From Macrostomum lignano (taxonomy: Eukaryota), in contig NIVC01000604.1 in assembly GCA_002269645.1 (NCBI GenBank), positions 186,001 through 250,000 on the forward strand: a stretch of 64,000 nt of DNA. The letters are read 5' to 3'. Every line of letters begins with the position of its first letter. The stretch's first letter is position 1. Positions 37,344 to 51,793 of this stretch are shown piece by piece. The position numbers and the translations under genes are program-made. The notes beneath the pieces are model-generated. The model was given only the letters and a program-made list of their open reading frames with translations, made no database searches and was not told the origin of the DNA.

Positions 37344-38014
37344 GGGAAATCTTCAAATCGGAATATTGGGATTGCAATCTTAGATGACACAGGCGGTCTG
37401 TGTTTCTGTAGTTAAGAAAAATAATTGTAAAAAGCATTTTACTTGTGAAAACAGCAGAGTCAGTAACTGACTGCAGCGGCACCCACCGCAGAAGTTCCGC
37501 ATTTTTCCCCAATTTCGCTTTCAATTTTCCGTGTCGGGGCTTTTTGCCTGACGAATTGCGGTGGAAATCTCTCAAATGGGATTCGGCGCGAACAGCAGCA
37601 GTGATCCCAGAGGCCATAAGATTTCACTCCGCCTCGGTGACTGCCGCGGTGCGGTAGGTCCCTCCCTCCGTCTCCCTACACCTGCTCCTCTTTGTGGCCT
37701 AAAAAGTGGCGCGCCTAAAAACAACAAAAATCCAACTTCTGGCTTCGGTTTCGAAATTGATGAAGCGGAGGCTAAATTGTAACGATCGCCGCGGAGTGGC
37801 TGGTGTGGAGTGGGGAAGATTATCCCCAGCCCTCCGCCCCGACGCGGTCGAGACTTTCTGCGCCGTTTCCTAAGATTTTCTGTCTTTAAAGAGCCGGCCA
37901 CCCTCCCCCCCCAGTCGACCTCCCTAGTGACAAGTGGCCCAGAAAATTCTTGTTGCTTTCTGCTGTCGCCGCCACAACAGTCAGGGGACTTCACCTCTTA
38001 ATTATTCTGCGAAT

Positions 38015-38345
<331 letters not shown>

Positions 38346-38699
38346 CATGTCGCAGGTGTGCATCTGATTAACCAGCATCAGCACACACATATTCCAAGCG
38401 AGCAAGATTGCTGTCCATGTCTACCTGTGTGCAGCACAGCACAAACTGTGCTAGCCGCAACGCAGCCCCGTCTGTCTGCCTACTCGCCTGTCTGTCAGGT
38501 GATTTGTTGTTTCACTTTTTAATCCTTCATTCCCGCGGGTTGCTGAAATAATTCTGCCCGGCAACTCGCAGCCCGGTCGGAGCAGCCGCCCGCCCCCACT
38601 CCGGCGCAATCGCCCGCTGCCTGTCAAAACTGCTGGGCTCGCGTCTTCCTCTGCAGACCTGCCGACTGCAGCGGCCAGCGCCCGCCAGCTTTCCTTCTC

Positions 38700-38741
<42 letters not shown>

Positions 38742-40949
38742 AATTTGTTGACAGCTAATTCGTTCTCCCCACCCCATTGCCCCAGCAGCAGTGGCCTGCC
38801 AGTCCAGTCAAGTCCTGTCAATCGAGAGCCTGAGGCGCAGGCAGTGTGCTTGCTGGAACAATTATTGTAACTTGCGCCTCTGTAACTCTGTATGCTTGCC
38901 CAGCACTGAACTCCCCCCCGCTGCTGCCACTGCTGCATTGTATTCTATTATAGTCTTTCCCACCGCTGTCACCCTCACTGGGGTGGCATGGAAGCAACGA
39001 GATTTTTTCAAGCATATCAGAGAATCAAGTCTTCTTAGTTGTGATCTTCGGCTGGCACGACTTCTGCCGGCTTACTGGAGCCGCTGGATTATTGAGCAGC
39101 GAACCGAGTTGAGTATAGGAAAGCCAGGATTTCCGTGAAGATGCGCATAGACAGGGGATGAGATGCTGCTGTATGATGAGGCTCTTGCAGCATCTTCTTT
39201 TCCCCTGCTCTCCCAGTCTCCCGCGCCCCTCCCCAATCCGCTATCGCACTGACTCACTTCAAACTGACAAGGGCGGACAGACCTGAGAGGACTGGGGGAG
39301 AGGCGGATAGGAAAATAATAATTCAAAGGGATCTGGGATTAGCTAACGGCTCGATTAAGCCGACTGGGGAATGGGAGGTGAGGCGGCAGTTTGACGTCTC
39401 AGCTGCTCCGCCCCGAGTTCAAGTCTCTCTGGGGTGGGGAGCGGGTGCTCAGCTGACTGGGGGTGAGAAAACTTCATCCTGCCAGCTCCCCCCCCCCAGC
39501 AGCAGGACTTTGATGGGGACGGACAGACTCCGCCTCGTAGGGGCTCGGGTCAGTTGGGCCAGACTGCCAGCCATGACGGCTCTCACGGGGATGGCAGCAT
39601 TGAGGGCTGGCTTGGCTGGCAGTGAGGACTGGAACTCTCTCCCCTCTCCCTTTTGCCAGTTCAATCACCTCGGCTCGCTGGGCGAACTGAAGGGGAAAAT
39701 AGACGGGAATGAGTAAAGAAGGGAGCCGCTGTGCGCGAGTCCCAGTGCCAGACCCCTGCGTGCTCGGCCTGTATTTCACCTTAGCCTGCCGCTGCAGTGT
39801 CGCGGGCCGGGCTGAATCTGAAGTCGGGGAGGGGAGAGCAATGGAGAGATGGGGCGGCACGGCCGGTCAGTTTGGGATTTGAGCAGGCGCTCATCCTCCC
39901 CAGAGTCCAGTCGCAATTTCTCCTCTATACCCTGACCAGTCAGTCGCCCTTGACGGCAGGGATGTGAGAGCTGCCGAGGCGGTGGGGCAGTGGCAGGCCG
40001 AGCTGACTTTGACGCATGTACAAAACTGCGCACAGCTCGCCCTCCCACTCTCTGCCCCCCCCCCTGGCTGTCTCTCGCTCTCTCCGCTCCGCCAACCGGT
40101 GGACGCCGGGCCCAGCCCCTGCCCTATCGCTGCGTGCCGCCACCCCCATCGAGCCCTCGGGCCGTGGCTGCAAACTGGAGGGGTGAACGGTGACTGATTG
40201 ACTTGACTCGCCCTCCACCCCTCCCCCACACACCTCCCACAGCCCCCCTCTCGCTCACCCTCCTTCTCTGCCTGTTTTTCATGCGCTGAAGACCCTCCCA
40301 GCTCGAGCCGCCTCGGTTCTCCTCCGCCGCCGCCGCCGCCTCCTCCATTCGCTTCTTTTCGCGATGCAACCGAGACACTGACTGATCGGAGCCCCGGGAG
40401 CTGCCAGCGGCTTCTTTAATTATTGTCGAATTCGAATCAGCTGCCAGAAGCATTCGAAACACAGTTTGAGCCGGCCAGCCGCCGGGACGCAGCTGCTATT
40501 CGAACCCTCCGCACGCGGCGTCAGCGCTTCATCAAGCTTCATCAGCGACCATAAAAATATCCCCCTCCCTTCATCCAACCCACTCCGCTCCGTCTCTTCA
40601 CCGTCAGTAAGACGAGACGCCCCCTCCCTGCTTGCCACACATTGCCTCTTCCTCTGATCCCAGCAGCTCCAAGCCGAAGAATGGCCCACCTGATCCCGCC
40701 GCCCCATCCATTCCTGCTAGCTTTTGAAGGCTGATAAACCTCTTCTCAGCGTCAAATCCTCCCGAATACTCCCAGGCCCGCCTCTGCCTTTCTCCGAGCC
40801 GATACCCTAGAAAGCCGCTCGGATAAATTTTCAACAAGAAGCTTTCACTCCCAAATCCCGGCTCCTCAAAACTTTTATCCTCTCCGTTTCCCTACTCGCT
40901 CTCCTCGCCCGGCGCGGGCCAGTCGGCACAAACAGCGACAGCAGCCGGC

Positions 40950-41459
40950 ATGGGAATATTTCCTCAGATCGCCCCGGCAGAGGTCCTCGTGCTCAGCTGT
41001 CCGCTCTGCCACTTCGTCACGCACCACGTGGACAAGCTGGAGGCGCACTTCACCGCCAAGCACCAGCACCAGCACCTGAACGGCGACGCAGCGCGCGAGC
41101 CGGCGGAGGCAGCCGACGCCGACGCTGACGGCTCCCGGTTCAACCTGCTCCGCTGCTCTGTCTGCGCCAAGGTCAGCAACTCGGCGGCCTTCATGTCCGA
41201 GCACTTGGCCATCGCGCATCCTGGCGAGTCCGGCTCGAGTACGGGTGTTGAGACCGTTTTCCGCGGCCTGCTCAAGCCGACCGCCGTTGCCACCAGCGCC
41301 ACCGGAGACGCAGCCGGGGCTTCGCCGTCCCGCCGGTGCCTGTTCTGCCCGTTCCGAGCGGCCAGCGTTGCGGAGCTGAGGCGGCACTTCGAGTACCACG
41401 GCCTGCGCAACGTGGCGGGCCTGAGCTGCGCCGAGGCCGATGGGACCGCCGCACCACTG
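40950..41459 (+). CDS. Exon encoding three C2H2 zinc fingers
   Basis: CPLC-x12-H-x4-H, CSVC-x12-H-x4-H and CLFC-x12-H-x3-H, with GC-rich codon usage. Starts at ATG 40950 or at acceptor TTTCCTCAG| (40968). Donor CTG|GTGAGT after 41459, phase 0. Confidence 0.85.
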
Positions 41460-41494
41460 GTGAGTCCGGCATTCCTGTCATTGAGTTCAGCTGC

Positions 41495-42700
41495 TTTCTG
41501 GCCATTCTGGTTATAGAATCTAGTCTCATTCGTCTCATTCTGGTCATAGGATCTAGTCTCATTCGTCTCATTCTGATCATAGAATCTAGTTTCATTTACA
41601 TCTCATTCTGGTCATAGAAACTAGTCTCATTCGTCTCATTCTGATCATAGAATCTAGTCTCATTTACTCTCATTCTAATCATAGGATCTAGTCTCATTCG
41701 TCTCATTCTGATCATAGAATCTAGTCTCATTTACTCTCTTTCTAATCATAGGATCTAGTCTCATTCGTCTCATTCTGGTCATAGGATCTAGTCTCATTCG
41801 TCTCATTCTGATCATAGAATCTAGTTTCATTTACATCTCATTCTGGTCATAGAAACTAGTCTCATTCGTCTCATTCTGATCATAGAATCTAGTCTCATTT
41901 ACTCTCATTCTAATCATAGGATCTAGTCTCATTCGTCTCATTCTGATCATAGAATCTAGTCTCATTTACTCTCATTCTAATCATAGGATCTAGTCTCATT
42001 CGTCTCATTCTGATCATAGAATCTAGTCTCATTTACTCTCATTCTAATCATAGGATCTAGTCTCATTCGTCTCATTCTGATCATAGAATCTAGTCTCATT
42101 TACTCTCATTCTAATCATAGGATCTAGTCTCAGTCTAGTCTCTTATTCTGATCGTAGAATCTAGTCTCAGTCTAGTCTCTCAGTCTGATCATAGAATCTA
42201 GTCTCAGTCTAGTCTCTCAGTCTGATCATATAATCTAGTCTCAGTCTATTCTCTCATTCTGATCATAGAATCTAGTCTCAGTCTAGTCTCTCATTCTGAT
42301 CATAGAATCTAGTCTCAGTCTAGTCTCTCATTCTGAATTTAGTCTCATTCCTAGTCGGAATTTTCATTTTGACCATAGAATTTTGTGTCATTCTGGACAT
42401 AGAGCTCACTCTTATTCTGGTCATAGAGCTCACTCTTATTCTGGTCATAGAGCTCACTCTTATTCCGGTCATAGAGCTCACTCTTATTCCGGTCATAGAG
42501 CTCACTCATATTCCGGTCATAGAGCTCACTCTTATTCTGGACATAGCTCACTCTTATTCCGGTCATAGAACTAACTCTTTTTCTAGTCATAGAACTCACT
42601 CTTATTCTGGACATAGCTCACTCTTATTCCGGTCATAGAACTAACTCTTTTTCTAGTCATAGAACTCACTCTTATTCTGGTCATAGAATCTAGCGTCATT
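41495..42700. repeat. ~33-bp minisatellites (TCTAGTCTCATTCGTCTCATTCTGATCATAGAA, then 27-bp TCATAGAGCTCACTCTTATTCCGG-type)
   Basis: Tandem arrays immediately after the zinc-finger donor site. Confidence 0.92.
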
Positions 42701-43588
42701 CTGGTTTTGGCCTCTGTCTGGTCTAAATCGAAAGAAACTAGAAATTAGACATCAACACTTGAGCAGCTCGATAGTGTAGCAAATGACACACTGGCTCAGT
42801 CAAATTCCTTCACTAAACTCATTAAAAGTTTGCTAATAGGGAAACTCTGGAAAAACAAAATGAAGGCTTGAGTAAGCTTCGAGACATTGCTGAATTCACT
42901 CAAGTTGCTGGCCCGGGGGACACTACGGGGGGCACCGGGACCGCCTGAACTGAAAACCGGAGACTCCCGAGCTGCTCGAAGGCCTCGGTAAAGAAATATT
43001 CCGCCTCTCTCTGTGAGAGGATCGGCATTTCCCAGGAAAATGAAAAAAAGTTTTTTTCTGAATTCATGGCTCGATTGCTTGGCGAGGCTGCCCCCCCCCC
43101 CCCAGTAGGCTGGCATTGCTACATTTTAATCGAGGGGGGCGGGCGGCGGCTGAACCGCTCTTTGAAGGGGTCGCCAAGCGGGTTGTGCTTGCTGCTAGCG
43201 AACCGAATTCTACAGAGCATTCCTCGGCCCCGTAGACTCGGCGTTCAGAGAGATATTTGCCAAGGCTGGGCTGCTTTGCTACATCACGGGTCCTCTCTCA
43301 AAAATGATTAGCATTGCGGGTGCCTGACTGCCTGCCATTTGACTGCCACTACTGCAGAGAAAACACAAGAACCAGTCTAGAATCAGGCCTGCGTTTACGA
43401 GTTCAAATATAGACATTGTCACTTAGCTCTCCAGTCTCTTATAGCACAGAGGCGCAGGCTCTCAACCAGTCTTTGTTTCACTTACCAGCGCTTCAAAGGC
43501 CCATGAAAGCCTGCATGTCGTTTTCGAATCCGATACAGTCCAGAGTTTTTTCAGTTTACGGTCGTGCTGTTTCTGACCTGGATTTCCG

Positions 43589-43635
<47 letters not shown>

Positions 43636-43938
43636 ATTCGATTCATTCGCGTCAAAAGTTTTTATGACCATGCCATGCAGAGTAGAAATAGTATTGGAAT
43701 ATTAGTTCAGGCTCGAGACAGTCGCTGGCAGGACCTGCCTGCACGGGGTGGGCCCGCGGCTTCGGCACGAATTTCCGCTGCCTGCTGGCGAGCAGCATGC
43801 GGGACTGCCTGTCTGTCTGGCCCGGCTGCAGCCTGTGGGTGGTCCGCCTTCCACTTCTCCTGCTTTCTGATCTCCTCAGTTGGACTGGCAAAAGTGTCAA
43901 TGATGCTGACAATTGCTTCGAGCCGGCATCCTGCGACT

Positions 43939-44707
43939 TGACTGCCACTACTTGACTGCCAGCCACTTGACTGCCAGCCACTTGACTGCCAGCCACTTGA
44001 CTGCCAGCCACTTGACTGCCAGCCACTTGACTGCCGCTATTTGACTGCCTGCCATTTGAGTGCCACTATTTGACTGCCACTATTTGACTGCCTGCCACTT
44101 GACTGCCAGCCATTTGACTGCCACTATTTGGCTGCCTGCCGTTTGACTGCCACTATTTGACTGCCTGCCATTTGACTGCCACTATTTGACTGCCACTATT
44201 TGGCTGCCTGCCGTTTGACTGCCACTATTTGACTGCCTGCCATTTGACTGCCACTATTTGACTGCCACTATTTGACTGCCACTATTTGGCTGCCTGCCAT
44301 TTGACTGTCATTACTTGACTGCCTGCCACTTGACTGCCACTATTTGACTGCCTGCCATTTGACTGCCACTATTTGACTGCCACTACTTAACTGCCTGCCA
44401 TTTGACTGTCATTACTTGACTGCCTGCCACTTGACTGCCGCTATTTAACTGCCAGCCATTTGACTGCCACTATTTGACTGCCACTATTTGACTGCCTGCC
44501 ATTTGACTGCCACTCTGCCACCACTTGACTGCCTGCCACTTGACTGCCACTATTTGACTGCCTGCCATTTGACTGCCACTATTTGACTGCCACTATTTGA
44601 CTGCCTGCCATTTGACTGCCACTATTTGACTGCCACTATTTGACTGCCTGCCATTTGACTGCCACTATTTGACTGCCACTATTTGTGTGCCACTATTTGA
44701 CTGCCAC
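43939..44707. repeat. 13-bp minisatellite (TTGACTGCCAC(T/C)A variants)
   Basis: Tandem array read directly. Confidence 0.94.
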
Positions 44708-45636
44708 TAAGGGTCAGCAGAAAATTTGTGACAGTCAGATGGCTCCCAGTCAAACGTCAGGTTCCTTGCTTTGGTTTGAGTTAAAAAATCTGCGCCGGAT
44801 TTTTGAGTGAAAATCCCTGCCTAAGGGATTAGGATGGACTATGGGAGATTTGAGAAGCTGGAAATTAACGAGCTGGAACTCGGTGAAGCTGGGGACACGC
44901 GATGACGTGATGCAATTTCCAAGACTCATACAGCGTCTGTTCCATTGCTTCCGCTCTGCTCCCTTCCCCTTTGAGGATCGAAGATCCAACGATTCTTAGA
45001 AAAGGAATCCTTCAGTATCAATGTCCCCTGGAGCAGATCAGTTCGGCGATCGGGGTCCCGATCCCGTCTGTGAGCTGTGGTCGGAGCGGCACCATGAGAT
45101 CACACAATGGTACTCGACCACGCGATTAGGAAAGGAAGATGCGGAGCGCGGGGGACGGCCAGGCTCTGCAGCCGAGCTAATGACATGGGCCAGTAAAACA
45201 TAGGAAATGCAAACACAAACAGGGCATAAATTTTGCAACTGACTTTATACCAGGGGGTCTGCGCAGCGACATCGGTGAGAAAGTTCCCCCCAGGTCGCGC
45301 TTTTTTTGACATTACAAGCCACGGTTGAAGCGTTATTAACATTGAAGCTGGCAGAGACATGCAAAGGTAGTTCGGCATGCGGACCGGCACTAAGGTGGGG
45401 CCCAATGGGTCGCTCACTCCGAGGGCCACAGAGCCAAGATGAAAATTGCGCAGAAGATTGCCGAGCAGCAGAGAGAGAGAGAGGGGGACGGCCCGAATTC
45501 TAAGGTAGAAACCACACAGGGCATGTGGCACCCTGAGTGTTAAGTGTTGGCATGAGTGCGGACTGCAGTCAGGTAGGTTTGCGTAATTGCGCAGTGTCAA
45601 CCGCTTTTGCCTTTATCTTTGGACTGGGCGTTCCGG

Positions 45637-46117
45637 CTTCTGTCAGGACTGTCTCAGGAGCTCCTCAGCTACACCTGACCGTGTCCTTCAGGCTTCTGTC
45701 AGGACTGTCTCAGGAGCTCCTCAGCTACACCTGACCGTGTCCTTCAGGCATCTGTCAGGACTGTCTCAGGAGTTCCTCAGCTACACCTGACCGTGTCCTT
45801 CAGGCATCTGTCAGGACTGTCTCAGGAGCTCCTCAGCTACACCTGACCGTGTCCTTCAGGCATCTGTCAGGACTGTCTCAGGAGCTCCTCAGCTACACCT
45901 GACCGTGTCCTTCAGGCATCTGTCAGGACTGTCTCAGGAGCTCCTCAGCTACACCTGACCGTGTCCTTCAGGCTTCTGTCAGGACTGTCTCAGGAGCTCC
46001 TCAGCTACACCTGACCGTGTCCTTCAGGCATCTGTCAGGACTGTCTCAGGAGCTCCTCAGCTACACCTGACCGTGTCCTTCAGGCTTCTGTCAGGACTGT
46101 CTCAGGAGCTCCTCAGC
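45637..46117. repeat. 56-bp tandem repeat (CTGTCAGGACTGTCTCAGGAGCTCCTCAGCTACACCTGACCGTGTCCTTCAGGCAT)
   Basis: Period 56 (45641 to 45697), about 8.5 units. Confidence 0.95.
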
Positions 46118-48739
46118 TGTTCCGTCTTGATTCCATCTTATTCTTTGACTCTTTCCTGCTGGCTCTCCCTCATCAACCACCTTCGCTCTCACCAAGTCTT
46201 CCCTGTTTCTTTCTCTACATCTTTATTTTCATTCTCCCTCCCTGTTTACTTCCTTTCCGTTGCTCCCACCTTCAATCGGTTGCACAGCCTTCCCCCATTC
46301 TCGCCTGCAATTTTCTATTCCCAAGACGACATGCTGGAGGTCCAGTCTGAGCTGCAGGAAGCGGGGGGCCCGGCACCCTCTACTCGGTCAAGCAGCCGAC
46401 GGAGCAACAAGCTAAAATATATTTTTGCTATTCCAACCGGAAGTTCGGCTTGATACCCGTGTGAAAATTTCTGGGACAGGAAAAGCCCAGCGCGACTGCC
46501 ATGAGTCTTCTTCTTCTTCTTCTCTCGCTCTCGCTCTTCTCCCCCGACGCTGGGGCATAAAAGGCGGGCCTCAAACTCGCATTTGCTGCAATGCTTTTAA
46601 GCCTGCCAGCTCATCGCGTCTTTTGTGGATGCCAGCCAGTCACTCTGTGTATTATCCAACCTCTGCAGTGCCATCAGGCTGGGGGCATTTTAAACCCGCC
46701 TGGCATGGAGAGCAGATTCAGGTTTTATACAAAAGACGAACTGGCAGTGGGTATTTACCCTGACAACAAGACGCAGCCTCCCCCCCCGTCTGGCACAGCC
46801 GGCCTGCCGTGCATCCGATATCAATAATTGGCACAGGCAAGGCAAAGATGCAGCTATTAGTTGGAAACTGGCTTACAGGATCAGGTTGAGATTCGGATAC
46901 CTTTTTAGTCGTTTTGGGAAGAAATAGAGAGAGAGCGCGAGAGACAGAAAGAGGATTTCTGCTTCTTAGCCGGCGATTCCGCGAAGCAGCAGAACGGAGC
47001 CTTGGGATGACAGCGGGGATGGCTGTCAGCTGAGCCAAGGCCTGGGCGCCGGGCCTAAAAGGCAGGATTTTTCTAAAAAATGAAAGGATCTCTGCATGGG
47101 GAGAAGCGGCTGCGTGACAGTGACAGCTGGCCTCCCCCCCCCCCCCGGCCTCCCAAATTCACCGTAGCGGGGGGGGGGAGGCTGCAGCGGCAGCAGGCAG
47201 CATGCTGCAGGCTGGGCTCACCTCGGACTTCCCAAAGCACTAACTCTCTCTCTCTCTCTCCTCCCCAGCCCCAGCGGCCTCAGCTCCCCTGTCCGAGACC
47301 GGAGCCCCAACTGACAGGGGAGAAACCGAGGGGTTTGGGCTGGGAGAAGCAGCCAAGGCTTGGAGGGCTTACAGAGGATCTGGAACGAATTGGCACGAAT
47401 TGGACGAAAACAGCAGTGAAGGGATAAAAGAGTCTGCAGGACTGACCGGCAAATGGGCAGGACATTTCTGGGGTTCTGAAGTGACTTCCATCATTGCTAA
47501 ATTGTCTTGCCGTTTGTATTTCTCAAGCGGCTCCTACTCTCTTCTGGATTCTCCCTGCCAGGTCTCTGTCTGAGAATGGATGCACCTGATGTCACCTGAC
47601 CGCGAATTCAATGCCACCTCGTCAGCTCCCTTCGATAGGTCTCTCAACTGCCAAGAAAGCTGGGCTCTCTGTGGAACCATCTCTGCGGAAGATCTTCTCC
47701 TAGAAGCAAGGCAATAGGGGACACCCCACTCCCACTCAGCCGTCTATGCCGCCGCCGACTCCCCAGGGGGGGGGGCGCCCCGCCGAGCTGGGAGTCAGCA
47801 GTTAAGAGAAACATTAGGATGGAACACGGGAGGAGCTAAGGAGCTGGGACAAATGAGGGACAGGAGCAGAATGGGGCTGCGTGCTGGGCAGGGAGGGGCG
47901 ACAGAAGGGGCTGAGGGCGAGGAACCCAAATGGCCCCCGGTTTGACAGATGACACTGACAGATAAGAGAAAAGGCGGCTTTGAATTCTCCAGCCTTGCAG
48001 TGCCCCCAGGTTTGGGTGGTGGGGGCGGGGAGACGGCTCTCGGGCTCGCGTGCTGCCCCCCCCCCCCCGTGTCCCGTCGCTCTTTGACATGCCAGCTGTC
48101 GGGCTACAACTGTCACCCCAGCCTGCCCTGCCGAGCCGCACACTTAGGGCCGAGACCCCCGGGGGGTCGCCTCTCGCTTCAGCGACATCCATTTCTACTG
48201 ATCTATCAGGCCCTCTGCGGCCCCCGTCGCTAACAAGCCGCGTTCCCCGCCAGACCGGCTCTCCCCTCCCCTCTCTTGGCCGGTTATCACTTTAATCGCA
48301 TAAATAAATCCCCCCAGCTAAAGAGGGGCTTGGAACCCTCCAATTTTCCCATTGGGCGGCTGGGCGAAATCTTGTTGACACTTGGCCCCTTATCCTTGGC
48401 TGAAATCGCTGCTAACAGTGGGTGGGGGGAGCATCCGGCAGACAGCTTTCGGATGTCCGTCTTTGCGGGGCTGCATGGCAGCAAGGCTTGGGGCAGAGGC
48501 CGGGACTGCTTGACAGGGGCACCTGGTGCACTGCGACAGCTACTTCTAATCCTGCCTGTCTCTTCCAACTTCAATGCCCTTTGACATGCTGACTGTCTGT
48601 CGCTGTTTTTCTGTTTCTACTTTAGCCCTGCTGCTACTGCCCTTGCTGTGGCATTCAGCCTAAGCCGGCAAACCCCGGCCTTTGGGTGCTTTCATAATAG
48701 CAATCCGGCCTGCTCAAGGCTCGTGTCTCCTCTCAGCTC

Positions 48740-49320
48740 TATTCTCTTCTCACTTCTGTTCTCTTCTCCTCTCTCATCTTTTCTCTTTTCTTTCTTTTCT
48801 TCTCTTCTCTATTCTCTTCTCTTCTCTTAACCGTTCTCTCCACTTTCCTCCATCTACTCTTCTCTTCTCTTCTCTCCTCTTTTCTCTTCTCTTCTTTCTT
48901 CTCTCCTCTTGTCTCTCCTCTTGTCTCTTGTCTCTTCTCTCTTCTCTCTTCTCTTCTCTTAACCGTTCTCTCCACTTTCCTCCATCTAATCTTCTCTTCT
49001 CTTCTCTCCTCTTGTCTCTCCTCTTGTCTCTTGTCTCTTCTCTATCTTCTCTCTCTTCTCACCTCTTTTCTATCTTCACCTCTCTCCTCTTTTCTCCCTT
49101 CTCTTCTCTCTCTCTCTTTCTTCTCCTCTCTCCTCTCTCCTCTCTCCCCTCTTCTCTCATCTCTCTTCTCTCTTCATCTCTCTTCTCTCTTCTCTCTTCT
49201 CTCTTCTCTCTTCTCTCTTCTCTCCTCGCTTTTCTCTTCTCTTCTCCTCTCTCTTCTATTCTCTTTTCTCTTCTCTCTTCTCTCCTTTCTTCTCTCCCAT
49301 CCATCCTCTCACCTCCTCTC
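48740..49320. repeat. Polypyrimidine (CT-rich) low-complexity tract
   Basis: Almost entirely C/T on the + strand. Confidence 0.95.
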
Positions 49321-49744
49321 GACATTAATTAAGAGTAGCCTTGTTGGAAAGCTTTCTGGCTTCCGGATTACTTTTTCTTTGCTGCTTCTGGGCAATTTCA
49401 CAATTCTGCTTTTCTACTCGGACCTGTTTTTAAGCGCATCGCAGCCGCACTAAAAGAGAACTTTCCCACCGTCGAGCAGAGCAGAAGCAGCAAGTTGATC
49501 TGTTTTCTGTCAACAAGCAGAACTGGGGCGCGAAAGACCGCCAGGCCTGATGGACAGATGTTTACTGGGGATAACCAGGAGGGCCCTGGGTCAGCTGGAT
49601 CGGATCAGCTGCCTCACTTTGCCAGTTTCTCTGTGGTTTGAATGCATCTAGATTTTCTTCGAAACACAGAAGCAAACTGGAATATAGTTAGTATTAGTGT
49701 CCGTCTGTCTCACCGTCCGTCTATCCGTCTGTACGAGTGTATGT

Positions 49745-50204
<460 letters not shown>

Positions 50205-50236
50205 TGCAAGAGTCTCCAACCGATTGGCATTCGCAG

Positions 50237-51793
50237 ACGAGCCGCAACGGCCTGGCCGATGAGGCGGCAGCTTCAGAAGACGAGGAAGCAGCTGGCAACG
50301 CGTCTGCCGCATCCGCTGCTGCGGCTGCCAACAAGTCGCCTGAATCCCCGGTGAACTTGGACACAAAGTCGGCACCGGCAAGGCGCAAGCGACCTGCGAA
50401 CGAGTCGCCCGCCAGGCAGCCGCACAAGCAGCAACTGCAGAAACTGCGGCAGCAGCAGCAGCAGCAGAAGCGGCGTCACCTGCCGCAGCCGCTGCCCCTG
50501 ACGCCCCCGCCGCGGCCAGCGCTGCCTCTGCAGTCACCGACGCCGATCTCCTCAACTGAGCGCGTCACCAACGGCGGCGGCTCCGCGCCCAACGTCAAGG
50601 TCGAGGAGCTCGCCGCGGTCAATTCCGGTGATGAAGTCGATGAAGAAGACTTGGAGGAGCTGGAGGAGGAGCTCGACGAGGGGCCCGACGCGCTGAACAA
50701 CCACTCCGGCTCCGAGGACACCACCGAGTCGGCCGGCGGCTCCGACGGCTTTCTGTCCTACGCAGCCGCCGCCGCCGCCGCAGCCTCCTACCCGGGCTTC
50801 CCGTTCTTCAGCGGCGCCCTCGGCCCGATGGCGCTGCACCACTCGTTTGCCGCCTTCGCTGGCCAGGCGGCCGCTCCGCTGTTCTTGCCGCCGCCGCCGC
50901 CGCCTCCGCCGCCCCCGCAGACTACAGGCAGCGCCACCACCACCAGCAGTCTGGAGCTGCTACGCAAGAGTTTCCAGCCGTCCAAGTCCAGCGCATTCCA
51001 GACTCCGTCGCATCCCTCCCAGCTGCCTCAGCCGCTCACGCAGTCGGCCTCATCCTCCTCGTCGGCAACCTCCGTCGTGGCCTCCGGTGAAGTGGCTGAC
51101 GCAGCAGTCAGGGAAGCCCAGCCGGCAACAGACAGTCCCGGCTCCGATGCCGGCGTGGAAAATCAGCATCAGGCGCAGCTTCTCCAGCAGCGACATCGTC
51201 TGCAGCACGGATCCGGCGTGTCCGCGGCTGCCGCTTCGCCGTCCTCCGCAGTTCTCGGCTCTTCGCCTTGCAGCGGCGGCGGCGGTGGCGGAGGCGGCAG
51301 CGTCGGTTCTCTGCGCCTTGACTGGTGCTCCATCAAGCGGGGCTCGCGGCCCAACCTGCCCTACTCGGCGCGCAGGAAGCTGTTCCACTGGCTGGCCACG
51401 CACCTGCACCAGCCCTACCCGTCCGAGGAGCAGAAGGAGGCCCTGGCCAGGGACACCCAGCTGACCAAGACCACCGTGAACAACTGGTTCATCAATGCCC
51501 GACGCCGCTACGTGAAGCCGCTGCAGGAAGGCCGCACGGTGCCCGGATTTGATCTCTACCGGGTCGCCGGGCTGCGGTCTCCGGAGCCGCCCTGCTCTGT
51601 CGACAGCAGCGGCGGCGTCATCGGCGTTGGCGGCGTCGGCTCGACTTCGCCCGACTCCGCGGCCATCTCCGTGTCGTCTCCCCCGCCGCCGACGCAGCAG
51701 CCGCCGCTGCCAGCACCGCCGCCGCAACAGCAGCAGCCGCAGCTTCCTACGGTGATGCCGCTGAGCGAGAAGCTGGAGCCGAGCACGCCCTGA
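50237..51793 (+). CDS. Terminal exon of a TALE-class (Meis/Prep/TGIF-like) homeobox gene
   Basis: Homeodomain at about 51335-51520: [62 protein letters not shown], with the PYP loop and WFIN-ARRR. Acidic and poly-P/A/Q low-complexity flanks. Likely acceptor TTCGCAG| at 50236 (phase 0); stop at 51791-51793. Confidence 0.92.
   Translation, partial: TSRNGLADEAAASEDEEAAGNASAASAAAAANKSPESPVNLDTKSAPARRKRPANESPARQPHKQQLQKLRQQQQQQKRRHLPQPLPLTPPPRPALPLQSPTPISSTERVTNGGGSAPNVKVEELAAVNSGDEVDEEDLEELEEELDEGPDALNNHSGSEDTTESAGGSDGFLSYAAAAAAAASYPGFPFFSGALGPMALHHSFAAFAGQAAAPLFLPPPPPPPPPPQTTGSATTTSSLELLRKSFQPSKSSAFQTPSHPSQLPQPLTQSASSSSSATSVVASGEVADAAVREAQPATDSPGSDAGVENQHQAQLLQQRHRLQHGSGVSAAAASPSSAVLGSSPCSGGGGGGGGSVGSLRLDWCSIKRGSRPNLPYSARRKLFHWLATHLHQPYPSEEQKEALARDTQLTKTTVNNWFINARRRYVKPLQEGRTVPGFDLYRVAGLRSPEPPCSVDSSGGVIGVGGVGSTSPDSAAISVSSPPPPTQQPPLPAPPPQQQQPQLPTVMPLSEKLEPSTP

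Noticed and set aside
46326-46420. Possible extra exon (DDMLEVQSELQEAGG) between the zinc-finger and homeobox exons
   Set aside because: It has an acceptor-like context, but that frame implies phase 1, which is incompatible with the phase-0 neighbours, and there is no clear donor.
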